A stretch of DNA of 64,000 bases from the IMG/VR virus record IMGVR_UViG_3300025141_000021; one strand, written 5' to 3'. Numbering within the stretch: position 1 is the stretch's first letter; every line of letters begins with the position of its first letter. Of this stretch, positions 10,735 to 20,585 are shown piece by piece. A model generated the notes under the pieces. The model saw only the letters and a program-made list of their open reading frames with translations, was not told where the DNA came from and ran no database searches. A program made the position numbers and the translations under genes. The DNA comes from a virus.

Positions 10735-11958
10735 CTATATAAATTCTTTATGTTTTAGGCGCTCGCTGACCTGTTCCTTCTTTAGATTAAGTTCTTCAAT
10801 ATAGGCGTCTTTTTGTTTTTGATCCATGTTTTCCATAGTCTTCCAAATTTCCCAGACTGCCTTGTTGCTTTCGTGAGGTTTGCAGAGATTGGTGCAGTTT
10901 AGAAACCGCTCTTTTTTCTCAATTTGGTCCATTACTCTTCTTCTAGATGTCAGGTCTTCCCATATTTCTTTGAACGATTTCCCGTCATGTAGCGAACCAT
11001 AACTATATTGTTTCCAACCTCTATGATTCGTGCAGACATATACGTGTCCATCGGCCCCAACACAGGGCTGAATTTGTGAGCCCAAACATTTTTTATAATT
11101 TCTTCCAAAATTAGTCCTATCGTTTTCTAAATCTTCTAGTTTATATCCGTTAACCTCAAACCTGTCTCCAAGAATTTTCTTTGCTTTTCTCAATCTTGGT
11201 TCGACTTTGTGGTCCCAAAATTCGGCGGCGCGTTGAACCCCTCCATCTTCGCGAATTATTATCTCGGGCTTGTATTGGCAGTAAGTTATATCAAATTGTG
11301 AAAAGAACTCAGCAAATTCAATAATCTCGTGATAGTTTTCAGGAGATATAACATATCCAATGCCAATATCTATTTTCTTATTATTTTTATTATTAACTTC
11401 AATCAATTTGTTTAGGTTTTCGATCATTTTGTCCCAGCCTTGATTTTTCTTGGCTCTCCGAACACTATCGTAAGTTTCTTTTGTACCGCAGTCGACTGAA
11501 AATCTAACCCATGTCATATTGTGAACCATGGTTTCGAATAAATCCCACCTATCAAGCAAAACACCATTGGTAAATATGCCCATCTTAATACCGTTTTGTC
11601 CGCAATACTGTATAGCTTCTTTGAGGTGTTTGTTTAAGGTTGGTTCTCCGCCACCGGTCCAGTTAATCGCCCTAACCCCCATTTCAGCAAAATCTCTACA
11701 AAGGCCCATTAATGTTTCTCTAGGCATAAGCGCTCTAGAAAATGTTTCTGTATTCTTTGCTTTTTCAAAATGGATGTAGGATGAAAGACAAAAACTGCAC
11801 GCCTGATTACATGCGTTGCTTGGATCAACCTCTACTAACACCGGGGCGGAACATCCGGTTTCTAAATGTTCTATAACTCTATCAACGTTGGCAATAATTT
11901 TTGCTTGTGGATTGAATATGTTGGTTTCTGTATTTAAAATGTCTTTTATTTTTTTCAT
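10735..11958 (-). CDS. radical SAM enzyme with SPASM/twitch-type C-terminus
   Basis: CNQACSFC (CxxxCxxC), GGGEPT, C-terminal C...GHVYVC...C..LC. Confidence 0.9.
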   Translation of the reverse strand: MKKIKDILNTETNIFNPQAKIIANVDRVIEHLETGCSAPVLVEVDPSNACNQACSFCLSSYIHFEKAKNTETFSRALMPRETLMGLCRDFAEMGVRAINWTGGGEPTLNKHLKEAIQYCGQNGIKMGIFTNGVLLDRWDLFETMVHNMTWVRFSVDCGTKETYDSVRRAKKNQGWDKMIENLNKLIEVNNKNNKKIDIGIGYVISPENYHEIIEFAEFFSQFDITYCQYKPEIIIREDGGVQRAAEFWDHKVEPRLRKAKKILGDRFEVNGYKLEDLENDRTNFGRNYKKCLGSQIQPCVGADGHVYVCTNHRGWKQYSYGSLHDGKSFKEIWEDLTSRRRVMDQIEKKERFLNCTNLCKPHESNKAVWEIWKTMENMDQKQKDAYIEELNLKKEQVSERLKHKEFI

Positions 11959-12644
11959 ACTTCCACCTCCATTAACTTTTGCAAATCCATCGTTATGTTA
12001 GTTGGCATTGATTCGTGATATAATTTATCCGATGGTTTAACCGCCCCATTGGTGCGCCGAGCTAGCTCAAACATTGTTTTTGATTCGGTACCCACGTTGT
12101 ATACGCCACGAGAATTGTTGTCTATCAGCTTTATAATAATTGAAGCTATGTTATCAACATAATCAAAATTGCCTTTTTGGCTTGTCCACGCCTTATCATA
12201 GGGAAACGGCCTAGGTTTATAGCTTGTTCGTATCAACAAATAATCATCGCTCTTCAATTGGACATGTGCGTCACTCAATAATTTCGTATATCCATACCAA
12301 TTTCTATTGTGTACCGGCACATCATTTTCAGATGCGTTTTCTATAGAGTTGGTATATACAAAATCCGTGCTAATATGTACTAGTGCTGCTGAATGTTCAT
12401 TACATAAATCTACTAAATCTGAAACGGCTTTGTAATTGATGTCCCAATGTGTTTGCCTGTCTTTACTATAAACATCAACATGTCCTATACAGTTTACAAT
12501 AACATCAAATTCTTTTAAATATTTTTTATAACTATTTGGATATCTAAAGTCGATTTTATCCTTTTTTCTGCTTACATAGTCCCAGCCAGTTTGTCGATAA
12601 ATTTCAGAACCAAGCAAGCCGTCACCCAATATAAGCTTTCGCAC
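11955..12644 (-). CDS. RmlD-like NDP-4-keto-6-deoxyhexose reductase
   Basis: GDGLLG, VHISTDFVY, YGYTK, GVYNVG. Confidence 0.75.
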   Translation of the reverse strand: MRKLILGDGLLGSEIYRQTGWDYVSRKKDKIDFRYPNSYKKYLKEFDVIVNCIGHVDVYSKDRQTHWDINYKAVSDLVDLCNEHSAALVHISTDFVYTNSIENASENDVPVHNRNWYGYTKLLSDAHVQLKSDDYLLIRTSYKPRPFPYDKAWTSQKGNFDYVDNIASIIIKLIDNNSRGVYNVGTESKTMFELARRTNGAVKPSDKLYHESMPTNITMDLQKLMEVEV

Positions 12645-12654
12645 AATATTCCCC

Positions 12655-13482
12655 CTAGTACTTCCTTAGCTTCTCTCTAATTGGTATTTCTGTTTCCATC
12701 ACTCGTTTTTCCGAGCTTCCCAGAGCAGCTTCAACTGTCCGAATATCTCTTACAAGGCGCGCAACGTCATCAAGCTCAATTGATGCCGCCTGATCTGAGC
12801 CATACATTGTTCTATCAAGAGTAATATGTCTCTCCAAAGAGGTAACGCCTAATGCGACAGCAGCAGCAGAAACAATCCGGCCAGTCTCGTGACCACTGTA
12901 TCCAACATTACACCCAAATTGTTCTCTTAAGGTGTTAATCACGCGCAAATTTGCATTTTCATTTTTCATTGGATAGGTGCTGTTACAGTGCATCAATTCA
13001 AATGGGCAATTTGCTTCCTTAAAGATGTTCACTGCGGATTCAATTTCTTCCAGAGTACTCATTCCTGTAGAAATAAATGTATGTTTTCCCTCTTCTGCAA
13101 TCGTTTTCAACAACTCAGTGTGAGTAAGCATTGCTGATGCGACCTTGTTATATCTCAGGTTATACTGCCGCAAAAACTTCTGACTTCCAACATCCCATGC
13201 AGAAGCTAACCATTCAATTTGTTTTTCTCGACAATAACGATCAATTTCGTTATATTCTTTTTGAGTAAATTCAAGGCCAAATTTTTGATCTCGATTCGTG
13301 GTGCCCCATGGGCTCTGCCGTGGGCGGTCTAGCTCTTCTTTGGTATACACATCGCTGATGGTTCGCTTTTGAAATTTAACTGCATCACAGCCTGCTTTAA
13401 CTGCACCGTCGATTAATTTTTTAGCAACGTTAATATCTCCGTTGTGATTAATCCCAATTTCTGCGATAATAAATGTTGTCAT
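12655..13482 (-). CDS. neuB: nonulosonate synthase (NeuB/PseI/SpsE family), lacking the C-terminal antifreeze-like domain
   Basis: IIAEIGINHNG, VKFQK, HCNSTYP, GYSGHE, ERHITLD, GSDQAAS. Confidence 0.92.
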   Translation of the reverse strand: MTTFIIAEIGINHNGDINVAKKLIDGAVKAGCDAVKFQKRTISDVYTKEELDRPRQSPWGTTNRDQKFGLEFTQKEYNEIDRYCREKQIEWLASAWDVGSQKFLRQYNLRYNKVASAMLTHTELLKTIAEEGKHTFISTGMSTLEEIESAVNIFKEANCPFELMHCNSTYPMKNENANLRVINTLREQFGCNVGYSGHETGRIVSAAAVALGVTSLERHITLDRTMYGSDQAASIELDDVARLVRDIRTVEAALGSSEKRVMETEIPIREKLRKY

Positions 13483-14447
13483 AATAGTTCTCCCTTTTCG
13501 AATTCATGATACCATGTTTCTTTGTTTAAATTAATGATTTTTGTTCCTCGTAGCCTTGCACTCTCGTCCAATATCCTTAAATCATTTTTTAAGTTATGGG
13601 CCAGCCTACTCCAATCATTATTTACTGGAACAGGCACATCTTCATTTTCTGCATATCCCTTTCCATAGTCCAAATCCATTCCCGCTATATAGATGGGGTT
13701 GCACCCCATTATGATAGCAAATGCAATTGCGTGCAAAGCCACCGTATCTCCTGTACTGTAATGTTGCTCGTGGCCACAAGTTGATTGTAATACCTCTTGG
13801 ATTGTTAGTCGAGCATTTTTTGAATCTGCAAAAATCAAATCCGCGGGCCTGGTTACAACTTTCCACAACTCTTGTATCATTATTTCTCGGTTTTGGATGC
13901 GTTCACAACATTCAGCAGGGACAAGAATGTTATTTTCTTGTCTGGGTAGCGCAAATCCAGCGCCATCTTTATACCTGGGTGGCTGCCACATTGCAATATT
14001 ATTGCCATATTCTGCAAAATCGTGATTATCCTCTTTTGTGTTGTGTTCATAAAAACTTTGCAGAATTTGTGTGCACGTGTGTCCCTTAAAATGCCTTTGG
14101 TCATATCCAATATAATCACATTTTAGATTATTTTCTATAAAGCTATAGCTAGTCTTATCTACTGTATCGGCAAAAAATACTGGAACGTTAGACTTATTCA
14201 TAATTTCCGTATAAGTCTTTATTGTATCAACCGTACTAGCTAACACCCAATAGTCTGGTTCAGAATCAAAGAAATCAAACCAATTGTTAAGTGAAAATCT
14301 TATAAGCTTTTTCTGGTTTTGCAAATCTAGAATTTTATCTTTAACAGAATTTAAACTTGGGCCGTGGCATGCTATAACAGCCGGTAGCCCCGTACACTGA
14401 TCAACTATATCTTCTATGTCAAGTGATTTTGTTTTCTTTTTTACCAT
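13479..14447 (-). CDS. Maf/DUF115-like putative nonulosonate transferase
   Basis: IACHGPSLN, FSLNNW, GDTVALHAIAFAIIMGCNPIYIAGMDL, IINL; adjacent to neuB. Confidence 0.65.
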   Translation of the reverse strand: MVKKKTKSLDIEDIVDQCTGLPAVIACHGPSLNSVKDKILDLQNQKKLIRFSLNNWFDFFDSEPDYWVLASTVDTIKTYTEIMNKSNVPVFFADTVDKTSYSFIENNLKCDYIGYDQRHFKGHTCTQILQSFYEHNTKEDNHDFAEYGNNIAMWQPPRYKDGAGFALPRQENNILVPAECCERIQNREIMIQELWKVVTRPADLIFADSKNARLTIQEVLQSTCGHEQHYSTGDTVALHAIAFAIIMGCNPIYIAGMDLDYGKGYAENEDVPVPVNNDWSRLAHNLKNDLRILDESARLRGTKIINLNKETWYHEFEKGELL

Positions 14448-15391
14448 ACGAATTTATTTTTATAGTATTTCACTATATCTCCAATCTCTTTATCAAATAT
14501 CTTTTTAGGTTTCCAGCCCAGTTTTCTTAATTTTTCATCGTTAAGTGCGTAACGAACATCTTGTCCTTGGCGAACATAAGAAAGATCGATATGAGATTTC
14601 CAATCCTCATCTGAGCCATAATATGCTTCAATTATTTTCTTAACCGTATCGATGTTTTTCTGTTCATAGCCTCCGGCAACGTTGTATATTTCGTTAACCG
14701 TGCCAGAATCTATAATTGTCATTACCGCTTCTGCGGTATCATCCGCATGTAGCCAGTTTCTCACTGGAGTTCCATTGTTGTGAAGGCGGATTTTCTTATC
14801 TCGATTGAAATTCTTCACAGTCAGGGGAATTAGCTTTTCTGGATATTGGCTAATTCCATAATTGTTCGTTGGGCGTATGATTACATAATCAATATCATAC
14901 GTTCTCGCCCAAGCTAACACAAGCATATCTGCTGCAGCTTTGGCTGCTGAATAAGGATTGCTCGGCTTTAATAAGTCCGTTTCAAAATGTATTCCCTCTT
15001 CAATATCTCCGTATACTTCGTCAGTACTAAAATGAAGAAGAATTGGTCTTGAATTTACATTTGTTGGTTTAAGCCTTATCAAATCCAGAATATTCTTGGT
15101 GCCCAGTACGTTGCTTGCCATAAATTCATCACTTTTAATAATGCTATTACCAACGTGAGATTCTGCAGCCGTATTTATGACATAATCACAATCATAAAGA
15201 TGCGTTAATTTGCTAATATCTTCTTTATCAAACCTAAAATTATCATATTGTACAAACTCATTTAATAATTCAAGATTTGCCGCATATGTGCACTTATCAA
15301 TACCATATACCATCCACCCTCTTTGTAAACATTTTCTTGTCACATAAGAGCCAATAAAACCTAGGCATCCCGTTACATATACAATTTTCAC
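14441..15391 (-). CDS. rmlB: dTDP-glucose 4,6-dehydratase-like
   Basis: AAESHV, HFSTDEVYG, PSNPYSAAKA, NNYG..QYPEKLIP, RNWLHADD, RQGQDVRY. Confidence 0.85.
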   Translation of the reverse strand: MKIVYVTGCLGFIGSYVTRKCLQRGWMVYGIDKCTYAANLELLNEFVQYDNFRFDKEDISKLTHLYDCDYVINTAAESHVGNSIIKSDEFMASNVLGTKNILDLIRLKPTNVNSRPILLHFSTDEVYGDIEEGIHFETDLLKPSNPYSAAKAAADMLVLAWARTYDIDYVIIRPTNNYGISQYPEKLIPLTVKNFNRDKKIRLHNNGTPVRNWLHADDTAEAVMTIIDSGTVNEIYNVAGGYEQKNIDTVKKIIEAYYGSDEDWKSHIDLSYVRQGQDVRYALNDEKLRKLGWKPKKIFDKEIGDIVKYYKNKFVW

Positions 15392-16740
15392 TATTTAATG
15401 TTTCCAAAAAAATGGTCCGCAACATCCTTTATATAAGAAAGCTTCTCGCGGGTTATCCCCGAATAGGTTCCAAGAAACATTGAGTTTGTTGTAACCAAGT
15501 GGGCTACGGGGAACCGTTCTGACAAATTATCATATTGTTTGGCCAAATGTCGATAGCCGGGATGGTAAAGGATGTTTCCGGAAAAGTAAGATCTCGTCTG
15601 TATTTTGGCTGCTTCAAAATGGGATACAAAATCTTGACGTTCAAAAGATGCGTCAGGTTTTATCGTCATTAAGAAGGCAAACCACGATGGATCAGCCTTC
15701 TCGGTAGCTTTCGGCAAATACATATATTCTTCATATGGGGCGAAAATCTCACTCAGGGCTTCAAAGTTTCTTTTACGGCCGGCGTGTAAATCATCTAGCT
15801 TGTGAATCTGTTCCAAGCCAATCGCCGCTTGTAAATCTAGCGGCTTAATGTTGTAGCCAATTTCATCGAACACATATCTGTGGTCGTATGTGGTTTCTTT
15901 TAATCCAGGCAGCCAATTCTTAAATCTGTTGCCGCAAGCTGTGGCACAAGTTACATTTCCTGGCTTGAATGAGTTACAATAACATGCTCTGCCCCAATCT
16001 CGGAAACTAGAAACAACTTTTCTAATTCTCGATGAGTTCGTTGCAACAAATCCTCCCTCACCCATTGTCATGTGGTGCGCTGGAAAAAATGAGCAAGAAG
16101 ATAAGACACCATAAGAGCCCAGCAGCTTGCCGTCATATGTAGAACCAAGAGCATCGCAAGTATCTTCTAGGAAAACTAGATTATATTTTTCAACCAGTCT
16201 CATTAAACGATCCATATCGGGAGGGTTGCCCAAAACATGCGCAAACATAATGCCTCTAATAGAAGGATCGTCTTTTAGGGCCTGTTCAACTTCATCCAAA
16301 TTTGGATTTAAATCCGGCAATGAGACATCAACAAACACAGGAGTAAAACCATTTTGTATAATAGGGTTAACTGTCGTTGGAAAACACACAATAGGTGTGA
16401 TTATCTTGTCTCCTGGCTGAAGTCGATACCGGTCGGGCATGTTTCTAGAAGTTAATGCTGCTACCATCAACAGATTCGCAGAGCTTCCTGAATTGGTTAG
16501 TACTCCATCGTCACAACCCATATGTTTGGCAAACTCAACTTCGAATTCTCTCCCCTTTTTGCCATAAATCAGCCATCCACCCAACAGTGTTTCAACAGCG
16601 GCGACATATTCATCGCTATCAAACATTGGTCCGGAATATGCCAGCCAATCTTCGCCAGGGGTCCAGCTTTCATTTTCTTGTTTTGTTTCAATATACTCTT
16701 TCACTAAAGAAAGAATTTGTTCTTTACTTGGTGTAGCCAC
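15391..16740 (-). CDS. rfbH: NDP-4-keto-6-deoxyglucose 3-dehydrase (RfbH/DdhC, E1)
   Basis: DegT fold with His replacing the catalytic Lys (FFPAHHMTMGEGG); Cys-rich WGRACYC...C...C; HVLGNP; YDHRY. Confidence 0.9.
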   Translation of the reverse strand: MATPSKEQILSLVKEYIETKQENESWTPGEDWLAYSGPMFDSDEYVAAVETLLGGWLIYGKKGREFEVEFAKHMGCDDGVLTNSGSSANLLMVAALTSRNMPDRYRLQPGDKIITPIVCFPTTVNPIIQNGFTPVFVDVSLPDLNPNLDEVEQALKDDPSIRGIMFAHVLGNPPDMDRLMRLVEKYNLVFLEDTCDALGSTYDGKLLGSYGVLSSCSFFPAHHMTMGEGGFVATNSSRIRKVVSSFRDWGRACYCNSFKPGNVTCATACGNRFKNWLPGLKETTYDHRYVFDEIGYNIKPLDLQAAIGLEQIHKLDDLHAGRKRNFEALSEIFAPYEEYMYLPKATEKADPSWFAFLMTIKPDASFERQDFVSHFEAAKIQTRSYFSGNILYHPGYRHLAKQYDNLSERFPVAHLVTTNSMFLGTYSGITREKLSYIKDVADHFFGNIK

Positions 16741-17566
16741 TTAATACCTCTTTAATCCCGCCCTCTAATCCTATTAAATCTAGATCGAGTTCGTTCAATT
16801 TGCTGCAATTGCCGGTGTAGCAGTTTTCTAAACCGGCATTCTCTATTATAACATCAACATTCCTGTTTGTCAAATATCTAACTTTGTTTACTATATTTTT
16901 CAATGTCAACTTTTGGTTGTAACACACATTTAGATCCTTGGGTAATTCTTGTTTGTCGAAATTGTCGATATAGTATACTAATATAGTATACAAATCTCCA
17001 ACATAAATGTAATCCATTTTTTTATTTTGGTGTATTGCTACTGAAGCTTCGGCCAAACAGCTTAGCATTGCGCTTTTAATCATTCTCGATGATTTTTCGT
17101 GTATGCCAAAACATCCAAAAACTCTCAAATTTACAATATTCCCGCCATATGTTGATATCTCTCTTGCAATTAGGTTTTTTGCTGATCCATAATAGTCGCC
17201 AGGCCAGTTATTAAATAATTCGAATTCGTCTGCATTTTCTATGGGTGTGGACCGGTCAAATTCTGCTCCACTGCCAAAATTAATCATTAATTTAAATTTG
17301 TCTGCTTGCTTCTGCAGATTCGAAAACATTGATATGTTGGCAACAAAATCTTCAAAAGTATCGACGGCGCCGCGGGTGCCTCCTTGAATGGCAGTATGTA
17401 GCACTATATCAATATCATTTCTAGCAAAAAAATTTTCTACATGTTGATGATTGGTAACATCTAGACTTTTTTTATTGGTTGCATGTATAACGTGTGTTGT
17501 ATTTTTAAATCTGGATATGAGTTCTTTACCCAGGAAGCCATTGCAGCCAGTAATTAAAATATTCAT
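16724..17566 (-). CDS. NAD-dependent epimerase/dehydratase (sugar 4-reductase-like)
   Basis: TGCNGFLG, GSGAEF, YGSAK, LRVFGCFG. Confidence 0.8.
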   Translation of the reverse strand: MNILITGCNGFLGKELISRFKNTTHVIHATNKKSLDVTNHQHVENFFARNDIDIVLHTAIQGGTRGAVDTFEDFVANISMFSNLQKQADKFKLMINFGSGAEFDRSTPIENADEFELFNNWPGDYYGSAKNLIAREISTYGGNIVNLRVFGCFGIHEKSSRMIKSAMLSCLAEASVAIHQNKKMDYIYVGDLYTILVYYIDNFDKQELPKDLNVCYNQKLTLKNIVNKVRYLTNRNVDVIIENAGLENCYTGNCSKLNELDLDLIGLEGGIKEVLSGYTK

Positions 17567-18039
17567 CTCTTTAAATTCATATAGCGCGGTCGATCATCGT
17601 ATAGAAATTCACTAAACATTGATTCTAACTCTTCGTCTGTTTCCGGATGAGAAACAACTATATTATCAAATACAGACATAATCCTTTTGTCATCCGAAGC
17701 CCAATGAGAAAACCCTAAATAACCATAATCTTGATTACGGCCGCCTCCAACAAGCTTAACTGGTATTTTTTCATGGTCCAAATAGTTTCTTATAATCTCA
17801 AATGGGCGATATAACAGAAACGGTGTAATTGAGTATACAATTGGAATTTTTCCTTCCATCGCGAAGCCAGTCGCCATGCCCATCATCAACTGTTCTGACG
17901 AACCAACATTACAAAACTGCTTTGGATAGTCTCTTCGCACATTGTCCCACAAACCATATCCTAGATCTCCGGTTAAAAGAAACAGGCTTTCGTTTTTTGC
18001 CATTTCATCGTATAAAAGCTTGCTGAAATGTCTTCTCAT
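17563..18039 (-). CDS. split transketolase-like subunit (pyrimidine-binding domain only)
   Basis: LTGDLGYG, NVGSSEQ, RPFEIIR, GFSHW; only 158 aa. Confidence 0.85.
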   Translation of the reverse strand: MRRHFSKLLYDEMAKNESLFLLTGDLGYGLWDNVRRDYPKQFCNVGSSEQLMMGMATGFAMEGKIPIVYSITPFLLYRPFEIIRNYLDHEKIPVKLVGGGRNQDYGYLGFSHWASDDKRIMSVFDNIVVSHPETDEELESMFSEFLYDDRPRYMNLKR

Positions 18040-18683
18040 TGTTTCAACATCCTAGACGCTAGTTTATAGTCTTCTTCGTCCATTACGTGATAGTGGGCGT
18101 TTAAACCTTTCAAGAACGGAAAATGTTCAACGGTTGTATGCCAAATATCAATTGAGGGCAAGAAAGCTTTAAGTCTCTTAATAAGATACTCAGTATCAAC
18201 TTCATCATATGCAGCATAGCCATTTACATTAACATAAACCTTGATATTTTCTATTTTGTTCTCGTGAATAAACCTAAGAGCTTCCCAAATTGAACCTTCT
18301 GCGCATTCCCCATCACTTATTAGACAATGTACGATTCTGTTTTTGTTTGCCATTGCCCTTCCAACCGCGATAGTTAGGCCCAACCCCAGGCTACCAGTTG
18401 AACAATAGATTTCGTTTTCTTCATCTCGATGAGGGTGGCCGCCGTGTTTATTAAATAATTCTTCAGCGTCAATGCCGTGATATTTTTCAATTGCAGCGTA
18501 TAGTGCCAAAGCAGCATGCCCAGAAGACAGAATGAAGATATCATCATCAGCTTTGTTTTTAAAAATATCATCAACTATCATTAGGCTTGAAAAATAGCTA
18601 CCTAAGTGAGATAATTTGTATTTATAGGCAATATCTAAAACACGACGTTTTAAGAAGGGTTGATGGTCCATCTCTCTCTCCAA
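18036..18683 (-). CDS. split transketolase-like subunit (TPP-binding N-terminal domain)
   Basis: SHLGS, LSSGHA, STGSLGLG, SDGECAEGSIWEA...N. Confidence 0.88.
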   Translation of the reverse strand: MEREMDHQPFLKRRVLDIAYKYKLSHLGSYFSSLMIVDDIFKNKADDDIFILSSGHAALALYAAIEKYHGIDAEELFNKHGGHPHRDEENEIYCSTGSLGLGLTIAVGRAMANKNRIVHCLISDGECAEGSIWEALRFIHENKIENIKVYVNVNGYAAYDEVDTEYLIKRLKAFLPSIDIWHTTVEHFPFLKGLNAHYHVMDEEDYKLASRMLKQ

Positions 18684-19399
18684 TAGGTCTGTATCATATC
18701 ATCATAATTTATACCTTCGCGATGCACATTCCACGTAGCCTGATGTTCGTGCCATCTGTAATGATATCCCAGCCATCTATCACAAGGGTATATAAAGACA
18801 TCATGATCGGCCAATTGACAATATAGATCATAGTCTGCTGCACCACCATATTTTTCTGGATTTGTATTTAGTAAATTATCATCATATAATTTTCTACTGT
18901 ATATCACAGTTGGGGTGTTTACTGGGCACTTTTTAAGTAACAAGGTCTTAAACTCTTCCATTGTTGTATAATAATGTCCAATGTCACCAACTGGTGCTTC
19001 TTCAGCGCCGCGAACTCCCCTAATAGGGCTTTGAAACGTAATTACCTGCTCCGGAGCAGACATTATATATTTCATACAGTTTTCAATATATAAGGGGTGA
19101 AGATAATCGTCCGCACCCATAACCGTAAAGTAATCGCCATTGGCGTGGTCTAGTCCAACGGCCTTTGGTTCATCCCAGCAGTTTGGGTATATATTTGGTG
19201 CGTAATCGATTATTAATTCTGGATGTAATTTAAACAGGTCTTTAACAATATCAACGCTTTGGTCTTTGCTTTCATTATCAACAAAAATCACTTCAACATT
19301 TGAATAGGTTTGCTCTAATGCTGAACGAACACATTTATCAATCCATTTTTCTGCATTATAACATGGTATGATTATCGATACTAATGGATTCACTTCCAA
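18650..19399 (-). CDS. glycosyltransferase family 2
   Basis: VSIIIPCYN, VDNESKD, GADD (DxD), ADYDL. Confidence 0.9.
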   Translation of the reverse strand: MEVNPLVSIIIPCYNAEKWIDKCVRSALEQTYSNVEVIFVDNESKDQSVDIVKDLFKLHPELIIDYAPNIYPNCWDEPKAVGLDHANGDYFTVMGADDYLHPLYIENCMKYIMSAPEQVITFQSPIRGVRGAEEAPVGDIGHYYTTMEEFKTLLLKKCPVNTPTVIYSRKLYDDNLLNTNPEKYGGAADYDLYCQLADHDVFIYPCDRWLGYHYRWHEHQATWNVHREGINYDDMIQTYWRERWTINPS

Positions 19400-19686
19400 T
19401 CCTCTGTGTTCATTGCTTTGTCACATATGAATAAATCATAATATGGCTTATTAACTCTTAAGTCGTGATGCTTAACACCCCAATCTGCCAATTGTTTTCG
19501 TGTTAATTCGTTATAATCGATTTTTGTTATACTTCCCCTGGCAGTCCAATAAATTATTGTATGACCCTCGTCGTACAGCTTATTCGCTTTTTCAATATTT
19601 TCTTTTATCGGCCACGCTAAGTTATATTGTCTTTTTCCAGCTGGATAATGGCAGATTGTTTCATCAATGTCAATATAGATCACCAT
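19390..19686 (-). CDS. small HAD-superfamily phosphatase
   Basis: IYIDIDETIC, WTARG, KP.YDLFICDK. Confidence 0.8.
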   Translation of the reverse strand: MVIYIDIDETICHYPAGKRQYNLAWPIKENIEKANKLYDEGHTIIYWTARGSITKIDYNELTRKQLADWGVKHHDLRVNKPYYDLFICDKAMNTEDWK

Positions 19687-20585
19687 TTCTCTAACATGCT
19701 TTCTGCTCTAGTAATATATGAATGTCTTTTGCTCACATATTCTCTGTTTTTCTCTTTAATCTCGCTTAAATCCTTGTTTATCCATTCTGCCACTAATTCA
19801 AACATTTCTTCTGGCGTAGCGGCCGTCGGTACATCGGGAAATAAATTTTCTAACTGTGTTACTTTATCACTTATTAAGAATCCTGTTAAGCCTAGCGATT
19901 TGAACGTTCTCTCGTTTGTGTCAAACCCCAATTGCCTCTGATATGCGTCGTGTATGTTAATTGCAATTTTGGTATTATAGAGTATTGTGTTTTCTTGCCA
20001 ATGCGCTAAATTGTTATTAACAAAGAACCCACAGTTGAGATCACTATCTTTAAATTTTGAGAAGTGATCGACCATTATCTGGTATTTTTCATTAAATCCA
20101 TTATTCGCAATTCCTCCGATAAAACATATATCAAACAATATATCATTTGGCATTGGTTTGTAGTTTACGGAATCAAATGCTAATGGTATTGTTTTTACAT
20201 TTTTCCATTCATTGTGATATCCCTTTAAATCGCTGAATGTCCATTTGTAGACATTGTCTATTTCATTGAGGTGTTTTCTGGTTTCTGGATTACAAAGGCT
20301 TATAAAATTAGAGTGATTTCCCCAATGTCCCGGGAACAAGGTTGGCTGTACAAATAAATAAGCATTGTTCGCACCTTCTAATATTCGCAATGTTTTCATA
20401 TTAACATCTGCGTCTGTTGCCATTACATAATAATCGGAGTCCTGGGGGATGGCGCCTAGTTCTCTGTAATACTCAACATCAAATCCTAATTTAGACCATG
20501 CAGACGCATAACCAGTATATATCCACTTGCCGGCATTATGTAAATGCTCTTTTATATAAATTTTCATTTGAAATAGTCTCCACAA
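19680..20585 (-). CDS. CgeB-like GT-B glycosyltransferase
   Basis: DICFIG, KIAINIH, TNERTF, LISD motifs. Confidence 0.75.
   Translation of the reverse strand: MWRLFQMKIYIKEHLHNAGKWIYTGYASAWSKLGFDVEYYRELGAIPQDSDYYVMATDADVNMKTLRILEGANNAYLFVQPTLFPGHWGNHSNFISLCNPETRKHLNEIDNVYKWTFSDLKGYHNEWKNVKTIPLAFDSVNYKPMPNDILFDICFIGGIANNGFNEKYQIMVDHFSKFKDSDLNCGFFVNNNLAHWQENTILYNTKIAINIHDAYQRQLGFDTNERTFKSLGLTGFLISDKVTQLENLFPDVPTAATPEEMFELVAEWINKDLSEIKEKNREYVSKRHSYITRAESMLEKW

Noticed and set aside
12655-18039. Stop-codon recoding to explain the short NeuB and short transketolase subunit
   Set aside because: Downstream genes start immediately or overlap, and all enzymes are intact under the standard code with TAA, TAG and TGA all used as stops
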